A DNA stretch of 64,000 nucleotides from Blastocatellia bacterium (GCA_963765495.1 CAVXWP010000001.1:1184001-1248000); one strand, 5' to 3'. Shown: positions 28,020-38,243, numbered from the stretch's first letter. A program made the numbers and translations. The notes: generated from the letters alone by a model not told the origin.

Positions 28020-29429
28020 ATGGATCCGAAGACGGTATTGCGGTTTGTTGTTGATGAGCAGATCAAGTTTGTGGATTTGCGTTTCACTGATTTGCCGGGC
28101 GCGTGGCATCACCTGACGATTCCGATCAGCCAGTTTAACGAAGATTCATTTGAATCAGGCATAGGCTTTGACGCCTCTTCCTTGAGAGGCTGGGCTACGA
28201 TTAACGAGTCCGACATGCTCTTGATACCCGATTCCGAGCGGTTCTGGGTAGACCCTTTTTATGAAGAGCCTACGCTTTGCATGTTCGCAAACGTAGTCGA
28301 TCCGATGACGAAAGAAGGCTACTCGCTCGACCCTCGCTCGGTCGCTACCCGAGCCGAAAGCTATCTTCGATACACAGGCATTGCCGATACCTGCTACTTC
28401 GGCCCCGAAGCCGAGTTCTTTGTCTTCGACCATGTGAGCTATCACAATGAAGTCAACAGCGCGGGCTATCGCTTCGATTCCTCGGAAGGGATATGGAATT
28501 CGGGCCGCGATGAAGACAATCTGGGCTATCGCGTCCGCCACAAGGAAGGCTATGTGCCGGTCCCACCCGTTGACTCTCTGCACGACCTCCGCTCCGACAT
28601 AGTTCAGAATCTGCAAGGCGTAGGCATAGAGCCTGAGATGCACCATCACGAAGTGGCGAGCGGCGGCCAGTGCGAAGTGGACATCAGATTCGCGTCCCTT
28701 CTGGGCACGGCCGATAACCTGATGGTCTTCAAATACATAGTCAAGAACACGGCCTATTATTATGGAAAGGCGGCGACCTTCATGCCAAAGCCTATGTTTG
28801 GCGATAACGGCAGTGGGATGCATTGCCATCAAAGCCTGTGGAAAGATGAAAAGCCTCTGTTTGCGGGTGACAGATACGCGGGATTGTCCGAGATGGCGCT
28901 CTATTACGCGGGCGGCATACTCAAGCACGCCGCCGCGATAGCCGCCTTCGCCGCGCCAACCACGAACAGCTACAAACGGCTGGTTCCGGGTTATGAAGCG
29001 CCTGTGAATCTGGCCTACTCCCGACGCAATCGCTCGGCAGCAATACGAATCCCTATGTATTCGCCTTCTGCCGGGGCAAAGCGACTCGAAGTGCGATTCC
29101 CCGACCCGTCCTGCAATCCGTACCTCGCGTTTTCGGCTATGATGATGGCCGGACTTGACGGAATTCAAAGCCGGATCGAGCCGGGCGAGCCGCTCGATAA
29201 GGATATTTACGATCTGTCGCCCGAAGAATTGGAGAATGTGCCTACCCTGCCCGCGACTTTAGACCGCGCGCTCGAAGCGCTCGAAGCCGATCACGAGTTC
29301 CTGTTGAAGGGCGATGTGTTTACCGAGGGGCTTATCGAGCGATGGATCAGGTACAAGCAGCAGAAAGAAGTAGACCCGATTCGCATGCGACCGCACCCGC
29401 TCGAATTCGCGATGTACTTCGATGTTTAG
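28020..29429 (+). CDS. glnA: glutamine synthetase type I
   Basis: 'FGPEAEFF', 'HHHEVA', 'TFMPKP', 'GSGMHCHQS', '[13 protein letters not shown]', 'RFPD'; adenylylation-site Tyr in 'DKDIYDL'. Confidence 0.97.
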   Translation: MDPKTVLRFVVDEQIKFVDLRFTDLPGAWHHLTIPISQFNEDSFESGIGFDASSLRGWATINESDMLLIPDSERFWVDPFYEEPTLCMFANVVDPMTKEGYSLDPRSVATRAESYLRYTGIADTCYFGPEAEFFVFDHVSYHNEVNSAGYRFDSSEGIWNSGRDEDNLGYRVRHKEGYVPVPPVDSLHDLRSDIVQNLQGVGIEPEMHHHEVASGGQCEVDIRFASLLGTADNLMVFKYIVKNTAYYYGKAATFMPKPMFGDNGSGMHCHQSLWKDEKPLFAGDRYAGLSEMALYYAGGILKHAAAIAAFAAPTTNSYKRLVPGYEAPVNLAYSRRNRSAAIRIPMYSPSAGAKRLEVRFPDPSCNPYLAFSAMMMAGLDGIQSRIEPGEPLDKDIYDLSPEELENVPTLPATLDRALEALEADHEFLLKGDVFTEGLIERWIRYKQQKEVDPIRMRPHPLEFAMYFDV

Positions 29430-29438
29430 GAGGCGCTG

Positions 29439-29936
29439 ATGAATCATTACAGACTCCGGGCGAGCGCATTGCTGTTTGCCGTCATCCTGTTTGCAGGCGC
29501 GGCCCACGCCGATGACCCGAAGAAGCCTCGCGTAGAGATGAAGCGCGTCAAGATCAATCGAGTCGATCTGCCTAATCGCACGGCCGATGTCACGGTCTCT
29601 GTCGAGATAGAAAACCCCGGCTCGTCTTTCAGGGTCAAAGACGTAAAGTACAAACTCAAGCTCAACGGCGAAGAGGCCGCCGCAGGAAAATACAAGCAGG
29701 AGATCAAAGTGCCCTCAGCCTCGACCGTCACGATTGACGTGCCGCTCACGGTAAACCTGATAGCCCTGCCCGTCGCTGCCTTTGGCGCGGTCTCGGAAGG
29801 ATTTGTATTGCGTTACGAACTTGAAACCGAGTTCACCGTGCCGATATTCGCGTTTTACAATCGCAAGGTCAAATCCGTTTTTGCAGGTGACATGCCGCTC
29901 GCGGGCCTGCTGTCGGCCGCGCCTCCCAAGCAATGA
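29439..29936 (+). CDS. LEA type 2 / WHy domain secreted protein
   Basis: AGGAGG RBS, signal peptide, 'VEIENP...YKLKLNG...VPSAST' beta-sandwich pattern. Confidence 0.7.
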   Translation: MNHYRLRASALLFAVILFAGAAHADDPKKPRVEMKRVKINRVDLPNRTADVTVSVEIENPGSSFRVKDVKYKLKLNGEEAAAGKYKQEIKVPSASTVTIDVPLTVNLIALPVAAFGAVSEGFVLRYELETEFTVPIFAFYNRKVKSVFAGDMPLAGLLSAAPPKQ

Positions 29937-29973
29937 AAAGAATCAAACGGGATTGAATCCCGTCAAAAAAATT

Positions 29974-30483
29974 GTGAGTGAATCAAAGCCCCTTTCACCG
30001 TTGATACTGGCAAAATTCGAAGAACAGATCGAGCGCGCCGATCATCTGCTTCACCTCATACCCGAAGGCAAAGATGATTGGCGTCCCTTGCCGAAAGCCC
30101 TCAGTCTGTGCGAACTCCTCGGCCATCTGCTCGAATGTCTCGCCGGGGTTTGCGCCGCGCTTTATGCGCTGAAAAGCGCGCGGCTGGCTCATTTTGAGAA
30201 CCTGCGCGAGTTGCCTGTGAATCACTGCTGCGCAGTTGAGGAGGCACGTGAGCGCATCTCTCAGTATCTGGCCTGCATAAAGGAAGGTTTCGCGCTCGTA
30301 GAAGATGCGGATCTTGCCCGGAGATTGCCCACCGTCTTTACGACCGAGGGAGAGGCCGCGCTGACCATATTGCTCGGAAACCTGGAGCACCTGATCAATC
30401 ACAAATACCAGTTGTTTTTTTATCTTAAGCTTTTAGGCGTCACGGTCGGCACAGGCGACCTCTATCACCTGCGCGGAAGCTAA
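29974..30483 (+). CDS. DinB/YfiT-like (S-transferase-like) protein
   Basis: 'WRP...SLCELLGHL' and 'EHLINHKYQLFFYLKLLG' His triad; start GTG 29974 is inferred. Confidence 0.75.
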   Translation: MSESKPLSPLILAKFEEQIERADHLLHLIPEGKDDWRPLPKALSLCELLGHLLECLAGVCAALYALKSARLAHFENLRELPVNHCCAVEEARERISQYLACIKEGFALVEDADLARRLPTVFTTEGEAALTILLGNLEHLINHKYQLFFYLKLLGVTVGTGDLYHLRGS

Positions 30484-30495
30484 ACCCGCCTTTGC

Positions 30496-30819
30496 TCACA
30501 TCCCTCGAAAAAAACACGTGCGCTCGCCCGTATGACACGCAGGCCCGCGCGCATCTACCCGCACGAGCAAGGTGTCGCCATCGCAATCGACCGAGATCGA
30601 GACTACGCGCTGAGTGTTCCCCGAAGTCTCCCCCTTGTGCCAGAGCGCCGAGCGCGAGCGGCTCCAAAACCACGTCTCGCCCGTTTCGATGGTTTTCGTC
30701 AAGGAATCGGCATTCATGTATGCGAGCATAAGCACCTCGCCCGTAGCCGCGTCCTGAACGATTGCGGGCACAAGGCCGCGTTCGTCAAACTTCACATCTT
30801 CACGCCCGTAGCCGGTCAT
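30496..30819 (-). CDS. hisI: phosphoribosyl-AMP cyclohydrolase
   Basis: 'GLVPAIVQD', '[14 protein letters not shown]', 'DCDGD', '[10 protein letters not shown]'. Confidence 0.95.
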   Translation of the reverse strand: MTGYGREDVKFDERGLVPAIVQDAATGEVLMLAYMNADSLTKTIETGETWFWSRSRSALWHKGETSGNTQRVVSISVDCDGDTLLVRVDARGPACHTGERTCFFRGM

Positions 30820-31073
30820 GGGCTGATTATACAATCCAATGATGAAATAGCCACAGAGACACAAAGAAAAAAACTCTCCGTCTCCAGGGCCATTTACTTC
30901 TCAAGAAATACTTGGCGTGCTTAGGGTACTTTGCGCCTTTGCGAGAAATAGAATCACGCAAAGGTGCAAAGCCGCAAAGTACGCCAAGCATTTTTATAAA
31001 GCAATCAGCGGCTTCCTACGATCTTGGCAGATCAACCTGAGAATTAAATGCCCTCACGGATTTTGCTTATCGT

Positions 31074-34000
31074 TTATCTGATCGGCAGGCTCGGGTCGCC
31101 AAACAGTATCCACGTACGCCGAACATCCGGGTCATTTATCGCCTGCTTGGCTTTTATTATCGCTTCGCCTATCGTCACGGGCTGGCCTGTTCTATTTTTT
31201 ACAGCGAATAACTGGCGATACAATTCCCGGTTCATCTGTGCCTGGGCGTCGGGCGCGGTCAGGGCCGATGATGCCCAGACGGCTACCGCTCCGCCTTCGG
31301 ATTTCATCAACGCTTCTGCAAGGCTGTCTGAGTGCGGGTCCTGAAATAATCCGTTCAAACAGGTCATCGTCAGAAACAGCGATAACTTGTTCTGATTTGT
31401 GAGCGTCGCGGCATCTTCTCTCGCAAACAGCCCGCCACGCCAGAGGCCGAGTGACCCGTGTCCGGCGTAATTGACCAGAATTTTTCCACGGTTGATTGCC
31501 AAGATAATCTGCGCCCGCGCTTCGGTATCGCTCATCTGTGATCGAAACACCTCTTCGACGGCCACTCCCCCGGGCAAATAGTCGCGAACTGCGCGGCTGG
31601 CTGCTTCGAAATCGAATCCATCGTTGCGATCCGTTACCATCAAGACGCCTGTGCTCCTTCCCTGCTGATCGAATCTGATGAGTTTTTCTATCATCGTTTC
31701 AGCCTCGCTTCGAGTGCGAGCGGGCAAACGCCCTACGGCCATTTCAGGCACTCCATCCGCGTTGAAATCGACAAGCCAGTCGTCGCTTGCCGTCTCGTGC
31801 ACAGATGTCTCTACAAGGCGAGTGGGCACAAGGTCCCAGTCCCCGAACCCCAGATGATTGCGCGGGTCAAAGCTCGAATCCCCAACCAGGAGCACAAACC
31901 TCGGCGGCTTTTTCCAGTTGCTCTTCGCGCAGGCGAGAAAATCCCGAACGGCGAAAGGGGACCGCGCCCCATAATTGAATTCGTCATACAGGTCTTCGAC
32001 ATCTATCACAGCCACCGCGAGGTGCTGGCTTTGACGAAGCGTTACGAGCGGCGCTACCTGATCGGCAAAGTCGCGATAGGTTATGACAACCATATCAGCG
32101 CCCTGCCTCTTTTTGTTCCACGTCGAGGGCTGATTGGGGGTGATTGCGGCGGGGTGATTCAGATTCTCATCCGATACGGCGAGCATCACTCTCGCGCCCG
32201 CATCGGGCGAGGCTACCCTGATTGCAAATTCCTTCCCGTCCGCCTCTATTGACCCGATGATCTCTTTTGGCATATTTGGATCGGTGATGTCAAAGACGCG
32301 AATATCGGTTTGATCAAACCCGGTGATACGCGCTTCCTCCTGACCCGTGAAACTAAACATCAGGGTATTGTCATCGGCGCGGAAAGTGTGTGGATAGGTG
32401 AGGCGAATATAATCAATCAGGCTGACATCGGTGCTTCCGCCTTCGGCTCGCAGGCTAACCGTATTGTTTCCCGCGATCAGCAGAGAAGCGGGAATGGCGA
32501 AGCTTGAAACCGCGTGCGCCTGGCCATCGAAACTGATCGTGCCGAGGTCCGCCTCGTTGAGCAAGACTCTGATTATATGATCGGGCGTCGAGTCGGGCAG
32601 AGAGGTCACGCCTTGCAGGGCCACTTCCAGAATAGCCTGTCCCGAAGATAACGTGTCGAGGTTTGTCAGGATGAGGTCTTGAGAGACTGCGCTATCGGTT
32701 ACGGCAGGTCCAAAGAAATTATCTGCGTCACCGTTCTTGAGAGAGTCGAAGTAATTTATCCGTTCTTTGCGCTCGATGGTAAAAGGGAAATTCTGGGCCG
32801 TGCCGGGAGGCGCTTTCAATCCGGGCGAGACGATCAGGCGCAGCCCCGCCTCGTCTCCCCGTACGAGCCAGTAAATATGAGCGTCCGTCCACAAGGTGTC
32901 GAGCGGTGTGGCGTAAAATTCTATTGAATCACCCGGTTCAAGTCTCTCAATTGACTCTCCGTTTACAAGGATAGGAATCTGTCGGCCATCAACAAAGAGT
33001 TGAAGCAGGCGAGGGTCCGTTTCGGGATCAAGCCCGGCGGCTACGAGTTCGGGCTGAGTCACGCGAAACCATCCGGCCTGCTGGATCGAAAGTTTGATGC
33101 CCGGTTTTGCTGCGATGTCCCATTGCGTCAGAATGTCGGCAGGCGAAGGCTGTAAAGCAATCGAGGGGGGCACCTGTCTTTCGGCAAAAGGGTCAACCGT
33201 CGCCGGAGATCGCAGCCTGCCGAGCAGAAGCGGCGCGGTCTCAGGCGGTATTTCATCCGAACGGGTGGGAATTAAAGGTCCGTGCAGGCGGCTTTTGCCG
33301 TTCAGGTCGATATCTTCAATCCAGTAGACTGCGAAATCAGCGTCTTTCGGAATAGCGTCAAACCATGCGTATGATTGCCCGGCAGTCAGGGCGATGTTTG
33401 CGCCCGTCCTGAGCGCCGACCCTGCGACAAGCGAAGAGTTTATACGTGTGCGTTTGCCGCTCGTTTCTCGATAGATGTTGAATCCGAGATTGTTTCGCTC
33501 ATAGCCGGTCCGCCATTCCAGAAACACGCCCTTATCGGTTTGCACGGCATTAAAAGAGTCCATATCTATGGCGGTCGGGGCCGCGTTTGCGACTATGGAA
33601 AAATCGTCGATGCCAAGCGCCTGCGCGCTGGAAATGGTTGTCCCTGATGTAACCGAGTAATTCCATGCAAGGAACAGATCGCCTCCGACAGCAACGGTGA
33701 CATTTAGAAGCTGATTGCTGATTGAAAGGGTCGCTCCGGGTGCAGCCGCAAATCCGTTACTATTCGCATCGGCGGGAAAACTGGTGAGAAAAGCGGGGCC
33801 TGCCGAAATCCAACTGGCTCCATCGAGCGAATAATACATCTGAATCTGGAAGCCTGCCGGGTTGGACCCGTTTCGATATTTTTCCACGTTGTAAGAGATG
33901 CTTACGCTTGAGATAAGCTGGCCCGTATCGTTGAGGAACTGAGCATAAAGGTTTCCACTCTGTGTGCCACTGCCTGCTGAAATCCAGCCGACAGCCCTGT

Positions 34001-34325
34001 CTGTCGCCGTTGCTTCATCTCCTGCGCCGTAGTTGTAAATGCCATTCGCGGCGTTATTGGCCATACCATTGCCATCTCTGCGCTCGGTTGTGGTTACTGC
34101 GGCTGCGTATGTGCCAACCGTGCGGACTGTCGCCTGTTTATCGACCTTCCAACCCGCAGGCAATGTGGCCGTAGCTGTTGTTCCAAGGCTGTCGAAATCT
34201 TGTGTGTAAGGAGACGAGGGCGGCAGCGAGACTTGAGCCCGCACCGCCAGGCTCGATACAAAAGCAAGAAAAAAACAGATGGCACCGGTTAGAATAAACC
34301 TCCTGATTAATATGGTCATACTCAT
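31074..34325 (-). CDS. secreted C25 family (gingipain/PorU-like) cysteine peptidase
   Basis: Signal peptide; Ig-like 'PTA..F.A...W.T..E..N.GFN.YR' module; 'VEDLYDEF', 'FVLLVGD', 'VGRLP', catalytic 'NYAGHGS' and 'MTCLNG', C-terminal 'LFGDP'; GAGGAGG-like RBS before ATG 34325. Confidence 0.85.
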   Translation of the reverse strand: MSMTILIRRFILTGAICFFLAFVSSLAVRAQVSLPPSSPYTQDFDSLGTTATATLPAGWKVDKQATVRTVGTYAAAVTTTERRDGNGMANNAANGIYNYGAGDEATATDRAVGWISAGSGTQSGNLYAQFLNDTGQLISSVSISYNVEKYRNGSNPAGFQIQMYYSLDGASWISAGPAFLTSFPADANSNGFAAAPGATLSISNQLLNVTVAVGGDLFLAWNYSVTSGTTISSAQALGIDDFSIVANAAPTAIDMDSFNAVQTDKGVFLEWRTGYERNNLGFNIYRETSGKRTRINSSLVAGSALRTGANIALTAGQSYAWFDAIPKDADFAVYWIEDIDLNGKSRLHGPLIPTRSDEIPPETAPLLLGRLRSPATVDPFAERQVPPSIALQPSPADILTQWDIAAKPGIKLSIQQAGWFRVTQPELVAAGLDPETDPRLLQLFVDGRQIPILVNGESIERLEPGDSIEFYATPLDTLWTDAHIYWLVRGDEAGLRLIVSPGLKAPPGTAQNFPFTIERKERINYFDSLKNGDADNFFGPAVTDSAVSQDLILTNLDTLSSGQAILEVALQGVTSLPDSTPDHIIRVLLNEADLGTISFDGQAHAVSSFAIPASLLIAGNNTVSLRAEGGSTDVSLIDYIRLTYPHTFRADDNTLMFSFTGQEEARITGFDQTDIRVFDITDPNMPKEIIGSIEADGKEFAIRVASPDAGARVMLAVSDENLNHPAAITPNQPSTWNKKRQGADMVVITYRDFADQVAPLVTLRQSQHLAVAVIDVEDLYDEFNYGARSPFAVRDFLACAKSNWKKPPRFVLLVGDSSFDPRNHLGFGDWDLVPTRLVETSVHETASDDWLVDFNADGVPEMAVGRLPARTRSEAETMIEKLIRFDQQGRSTGVLMVTDRNDGFDFEAASRAVRDYLPGGVAVEEVFRSQMSDTEARAQIILAINRGKILVNYAGHGSLGLWRGGLFAREDAATLTNQNKLSLFLTMTCLNGLFQDPHSDSLAEALMKSEGGAVAVWASSALTAPDAQAQMNRELYRQLFAVKNRTGQPVTIGEAIIKAKQAINDPDVRRTWILFGDPSLPIR

Positions 34326-34418
34326 AAAGCCTCCTCTCATAATTTCCCGACGGGCGGCCATACTTCCGGCGCTTGAATACGGGTCTTTGCCCTCGCAGCT
34401 ATCAGGGCAGGCAATCGA

Positions 34419-34904
34419 TTAAAGACACGTGCGCGGAAAACTTACGGAACAACCGGTACATCCTCGCGCCTGGCACTCGGCATCGCTTGAGCATGGAGTG
34501 CCGACGCAACTCGCCGAGGCGGATGCCGCGGGAGCAAGGACGGAAATTACTACCGGGATTGAAATGGATAAGCCAAACTTTCGCACGATGTCTCGCCGCA
34601 AAAGAGGCTGTGCGTACGGGGAGCGCGGCATCCGTCCTTCTAACAGGTGATGTCTTTCCAAAAGCTCCAGGCCATACCGGATTACCTCTTCATCAAGCGG
34701 GCTCATCGCTTTACAATTGAGCCTGATAGCCATCTCGGCTACGGAGGTATTTCCATCACAGAGATTCCAGATGGCAGCGGCGGTCTGATTCAGACAGTAT
34801 GCCCTGTGCCTGTCGAGATCATAGACTAATACTTCGTCCGGCAACTCGGTCGTCAAGATATTGTTTTTCCGCGCGAGTGAGAATGCTTCTCTATTTTTGG
34901 CCAT
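34419..34904 (-). CDS. PqqD/RRE domain fused to twin-arginine leader and 6-Cys peptide
   Basis: aa ~12-90 'ELPDEVLVYD...AYCLNQTAAAIWNLCDG..SV.E...L...LL' is the PqqD pattern; then 'LRRDIVRKFG...IPVVISVLAPAASASAS' and C-x4-C-x5-C-x4-C-x2-C-x7-C. Confidence 0.85.
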   Translation of the reverse strand: MAKNREAFSLARKNNILTTELPDEVLVYDLDRHRAYCLNQTAAAIWNLCDGNTSVAEMAIRLNCKAMSPLDEEVIRYGLELLERHHLLEGRMPRSPYAQPLLRRDIVRKFGLSISIPVVISVLAPAASASASCVGTPCSSDAECQARGCTGCSVSFPRTCL

Positions 34905-35277
34905 AGCTATCGCTCACCCTCGAATAAGGGCTCAGAAACAAGACTCTCGTTTAGCCCCCTTGCCCGCAACGGCAAATCGTTACGAGCGAAGGCTTGTGAA
35001 ATGCCTTGTTGTAATGTTCTTATTCTTTATCCAACCATAGTTTGGCTATAACTAAGGTTAGCACCGTAAAAGATTGATTGATTTTCGGCGTCACCTGGGG
35101 ACAGACGCCGCGTGACGGTTACTACAGGCCGCTATCGTATTCCTCTTTTCTCTGCAAGTCAAGAGGATCGACTCGCTGAAATGGTCATAAATATCATGCC
35201 CCGAAGGATTAATGGGCCCGTCTTGATTTGATCTTGAAAAAGCCCGTCTCAGAGGCCAAAAATATCTACCAAACGGC

Positions 35278-35306
35278 TTGACAGAGTGAGGGTAACTGGA
35301 TAATGT
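35278..35306 (+). promoter_or_regulatory. sigma70-type promoter upstream of rmlC (long leader)
   Basis: TTGACA(35278-83)-17 nt-TAATGT(35301-06). Confidence 0.5.
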
Positions 35307-35522
35307 TTTCCGCTTAGAAGCTTTATATAAACACTTTTTCTTATGACTATCCGACAGATAAAGAGGGAGGCAGTGGTAATATAATTCTTCAATAACTATA
35401 ATGCAATTTTGGGCTTTAGCGCAGGCACCTCAATACTCTAAATATCGCTTCCCCCAGGCTAAGAATTTTATGCTCTTTTGTGGTGGATTTTTTATGCGTC
35501 CGACTGCAGGCAAACTATTTAT

Positions 35523-35637
35523 ATGAAGCAGTGCCCCCCACTGCTGCTTCATGTTCAAATGTTAAAGATTGCCACCTATTGTGGCTTCCCTCAGGGGCTA
35601 AACCATTGCAAGGCATAGCCTGCTCTATTTGAACATG
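35523..35637 (+). promoter_or_regulatory. candidate structured cis-regulatory RNA, copy 1
   Basis: 37-nt core 35571-35607 is 31/37 identical to 38771-38807; hairpins GCCAC/GTGGC and CCC/GGG; outer stem CATGTTCAAAT/ATTTGAACATG. Confidence 0.6.
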
Positions 35638-35669
35638 CTATAACCTTTATCGGTTTATCACTTTTTTTT

Positions 35670-36236
35670 ATGAGGCTGATCGAAACCAATCTTCCCGAAG
35701 TGAAGCTGATAGAGCCTTCTATATTTTCTGATGAGCGGGGATTTTTTTTTGAGAGCTACAACCTTTCGCGATTTGCTGAACTCGGTATAAAAAACAATTT
35801 CGTACAGGATAATCACTCAAAATCAATCAAAGGCACGATCAGGGGGTTGCATTATCAACTGAATCATCCTCAGGCAAAACTTTGCCGCGTGACCCGGGGT
35901 GAAGTCCTCGATGTGGTCGTAGACATACGCGCGGGCTCTCCGTATTTCGGCAAATACACGAGCGCGATTTTGTCGGCTGAAAACCATCGCCAGATTTATA
36001 TCCCCGAAGGGTTCGCTCACGGTTTTCAGGTTCTATCGAGTGTGGCGGAGTTCCTCTATAAGTGCAGCGATTTCTACTACGCGGAGGACGAACGAGGCGT
36101 TTTGTGGTGTGATCCTGAAATAGGCATCGATTGGCGGGGAGATAACCCCATTCTTTCAGAAAAGGACCTGCGAAACCCGAGGCTTCGAGATATTGAGGTC
36201 TCACAGTTGCCGAGATTTTCAGAGGATAGTAAATGA
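35670..36236 (+). CDS. rfbC: dTDP-4-dehydrorhamnose 3,5-epimerase
   Basis: 'DERGFFFESY', 'QDNHS', 'RGLHYQ', 'GFAHGF', 'LSEKD'. Confidence 0.95.
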   Translation: MRLIETNLPEVKLIEPSIFSDERGFFFESYNLSRFAELGIKNNFVQDNHSKSIKGTIRGLHYQLNHPQAKLCRVTRGEVLDVVVDIRAGSPYFGKYTSAILSAENHRQIYIPEGFAHGFQVLSSVAEFLYKCSDFYYAEDERGVLWCDPEIGIDWRGDNPILSEKDLRNPRLRDIEVSQLPRFSEDSK

Positions 36237-36952
36237 AGGGAATCGTACTTGCGGGCGGGCTCGGCACGCGCCTCGCCCCGCTCACAAGAATAACCAACAA
36301 GCACCTTTTGCCTGTCTATGACCGGCCTATGATCTATTATCCCGTCAAGACCTTAGTCGAGGCGGGGATAACCGAGATACTGATCGTGACGGGCGGTAAC
36401 AACGCGGGTGATTTCCTAAAGCTTCTCAGAAACGGGGCCGAGTTTGGGCTGAAACATTTGAACTATGCCTATCAGGAAGGCGAAGGCGGGATAGCGGCGG
36501 CGCTTTCTCTTGCCGAACACTTTGCCGATGGCGGCCCCGTATGCGTCGTCTTAGGGGATAACATCCTTGAGAAAAGCATAGCCGAGCAGGTGAAAAAATT
36601 TCGCCATCAAGGGGCGGGGGCAAAAATACTGCTCAGCGAAGTAAGCGACCCCGAGCGTTTCGGAGTCCCCGTATTTGAAGGCGACCGCATACTTCGCATC
36701 GAAGAGAAGCCCGCCATGCCTCAATCGGTATACGCCGTGACGGGCGTTTATATGTACGACAGCCGGGTATTTGAAATCATAAAGACATTGCACCCGAGCG
36801 GGCGAGGCGAACTTGAGATCACCGATGTGAATAACAACTACATCGAACGAGGCGATATGACCTGGGACGTATTGGATGGCTGGTGGACCGACGCCGGGAC
36901 ATTCGACAGTTTGCTTCGGGCATCGAATCTCGTAGCCAAAATCAAAGAGTGA
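36233..36952 (+). CDS. rfbA: glucose-1-phosphate thymidylyltransferase (short RmlA/SpsI type)
   Basis: 'GIVLAGGLGTRL', 'NKHLLPVYD', 'EEKP', 'RGELEITD', 'WTDAGT'. Confidence 0.88.
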   Translation: MKGIVLAGGLGTRLAPLTRITNKHLLPVYDRPMIYYPVKTLVEAGITEILIVTGGNNAGDFLKLLRNGAEFGLKHLNYAYQEGEGGIAAALSLAEHFADGGPVCVVLGDNILEKSIAEQVKKFRHQGAGAKILLSEVSDPERFGVPVFEGDRILRIEEKPAMPQSVYAVTGVYMYDSRVFEIIKTLHPSGRGELEITDVNNNYIERGDMTWDVLDGWWTDAGTFDSLLRASNLVAKIKE

Positions 36953-37151
36953 TATAGCCTCGCAAGCGAAGTTGAAGCTGGCACAGGTTATTGCCTTTTA
37001 GAATTCCGCGTTTATAAAGTTATGCGGTTGACGAAAGCCCAACAGTCTGGCAGAAAGACATATTATATACTTCGTCCCAGCTAACCAATTGGTACTCGAC
37101 TACAGGTTGAGCAATAAACTTTTGGCTTATGCGTCTTAGATTTATCGAAAA

Positions 37152-38243
37152 GTGATAAACAGAAAGGAGAGCGAAAGGAAAGCCGGAACTGGCAATCTGT
37201 TAGCGTCATTACTCACCGGTTCGTGGAGAGATGCCCCACCCGTTGTGGAGCAGTCTGGTGAGGAACTGGCCAGGGCTTCTTCTCTGCTTGTAGGGTCTGG
37301 GGCATCGGGGCTTTGCTGGTGGCGGATACGCAATTCCGAACTGCGATCATCACCCGTAGCCGTTCAACATCAGCAGGCATACAGATTTCAAACCGTCCGG
37401 GCTGCCCTTCACGAACGCGAAATCAAAGAGGTCTTCGCGCTTTTGCGCTCGGCTGGAATAGAGCCGATACTGATCAAAGGATGGGCAACTTCCCGGCTCT
37501 ATCCCGAGAAGGGCTTGCGTCCGACAGGAGATATTGACCTCTTCATACTTCCTGAGCAGCGACAGACGGCGATAACCGCGCTTGAGGCCCGGGAGGGCTA
37601 CCGGACTGATGTTGACTTCCAACACGACGACCTCGACACCTTGGGTAAACGGGCTGTCGAGGAACTATATGTTCGCTCGCAGACGGTCAGACTCGAAGAG
37701 GCGGAGATTCGACTGCTCGGGCCTGAGGATCATCTGCGGTTATTATGCATGCACCTGCTGCGGCATGGTGCATATCGCCCTTTGTGGCTTTGCGATATAG
37801 CGCTTGAGGTAGAATCGCGGCCTTCTGATTTTGACTGGGACCTCTGTTTTGGGAAAGATCGCCGCCGCGCAGACTGGGTCGCCTGCACAATCGCCTTAGC
37901 GCATCAGTTGCTTGGTGCCAGGGTGGATAATACTCCTGTGGAGAATAAGGCCGGGAATCTGCCGGGATGGCTTATTCCAACGGTGCTGAAACAATGGGAG
38001 GCCCCTTTTGCAACGCGCCACGGCGAAAACAGACACAGGGCTCCCATGATAACTTACCTGCGTAACCCTCGTGGTTTGCTGAAAGATTTAGGGAACCGCT
38101 GGCCCGATCCTATCTCTGCAACCGTGAGCGTCAACGGGTCTTTCAATAAGACTCCAAGGTTCTTTTACCAACTGGGCAATTGTTTTTCCCGGATAATGGG
38201 ATTTATTTCCCGGCTGCCCGGATTGATGCAGGCGGACAAATGA
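37152..38243 (+). CDS. uncharacterised nucleotidyltransferase (NTP_transf_5-like)
   Basis: 'ILIKGW...LRPTGDIDL', 'VDFQ', 'HLLRHG..RPLWLCD'. Confidence 0.8.
   Translation: MINRKESERKAGTGNLLASLLTGSWRDAPPVVEQSGEELARASSLLVGSGASGLCWWRIRNSELRSSPVAVQHQQAYRFQTVRAALHEREIKEVFALLRSAGIEPILIKGWATSRLYPEKGLRPTGDIDLFILPEQRQTAITALEAREGYRTDVDFQHDDLDTLGKRAVEELYVRSQTVRLEEAEIRLLGPEDHLRLLCMHLLRHGAYRPLWLCDIALEVESRPSDFDWDLCFGKDRRRADWVACTIALAHQLLGARVDNTPVENKAGNLPGWLIPTVLKQWEAPFATRHGENRHRAPMITYLRNPRGLLKDLGNRWPDPISATVSVNGSFNKTPRFFYQLGNCFSRIMGFISRLPGLMQADK

Noticed and set aside
35505-35625. c-di-GMP-I (GEMM) riboswitch, suggested by GGCAAAC and GGGGCTAAACCATTGCA...TAGCC
   Set aside because: Lacks the GAAA-capped P1 and the GACGCAAA junction, spacing is too long, and copy 2 has no GGCAAA; kept only as an alternative to test with Rfam.
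36980-36995. sigma54 promoter TGGCAC...TTGC before the nucleotidyltransferase
   Set aside because: GG-to-GC spacing is 11 nt rather than the strict 10.
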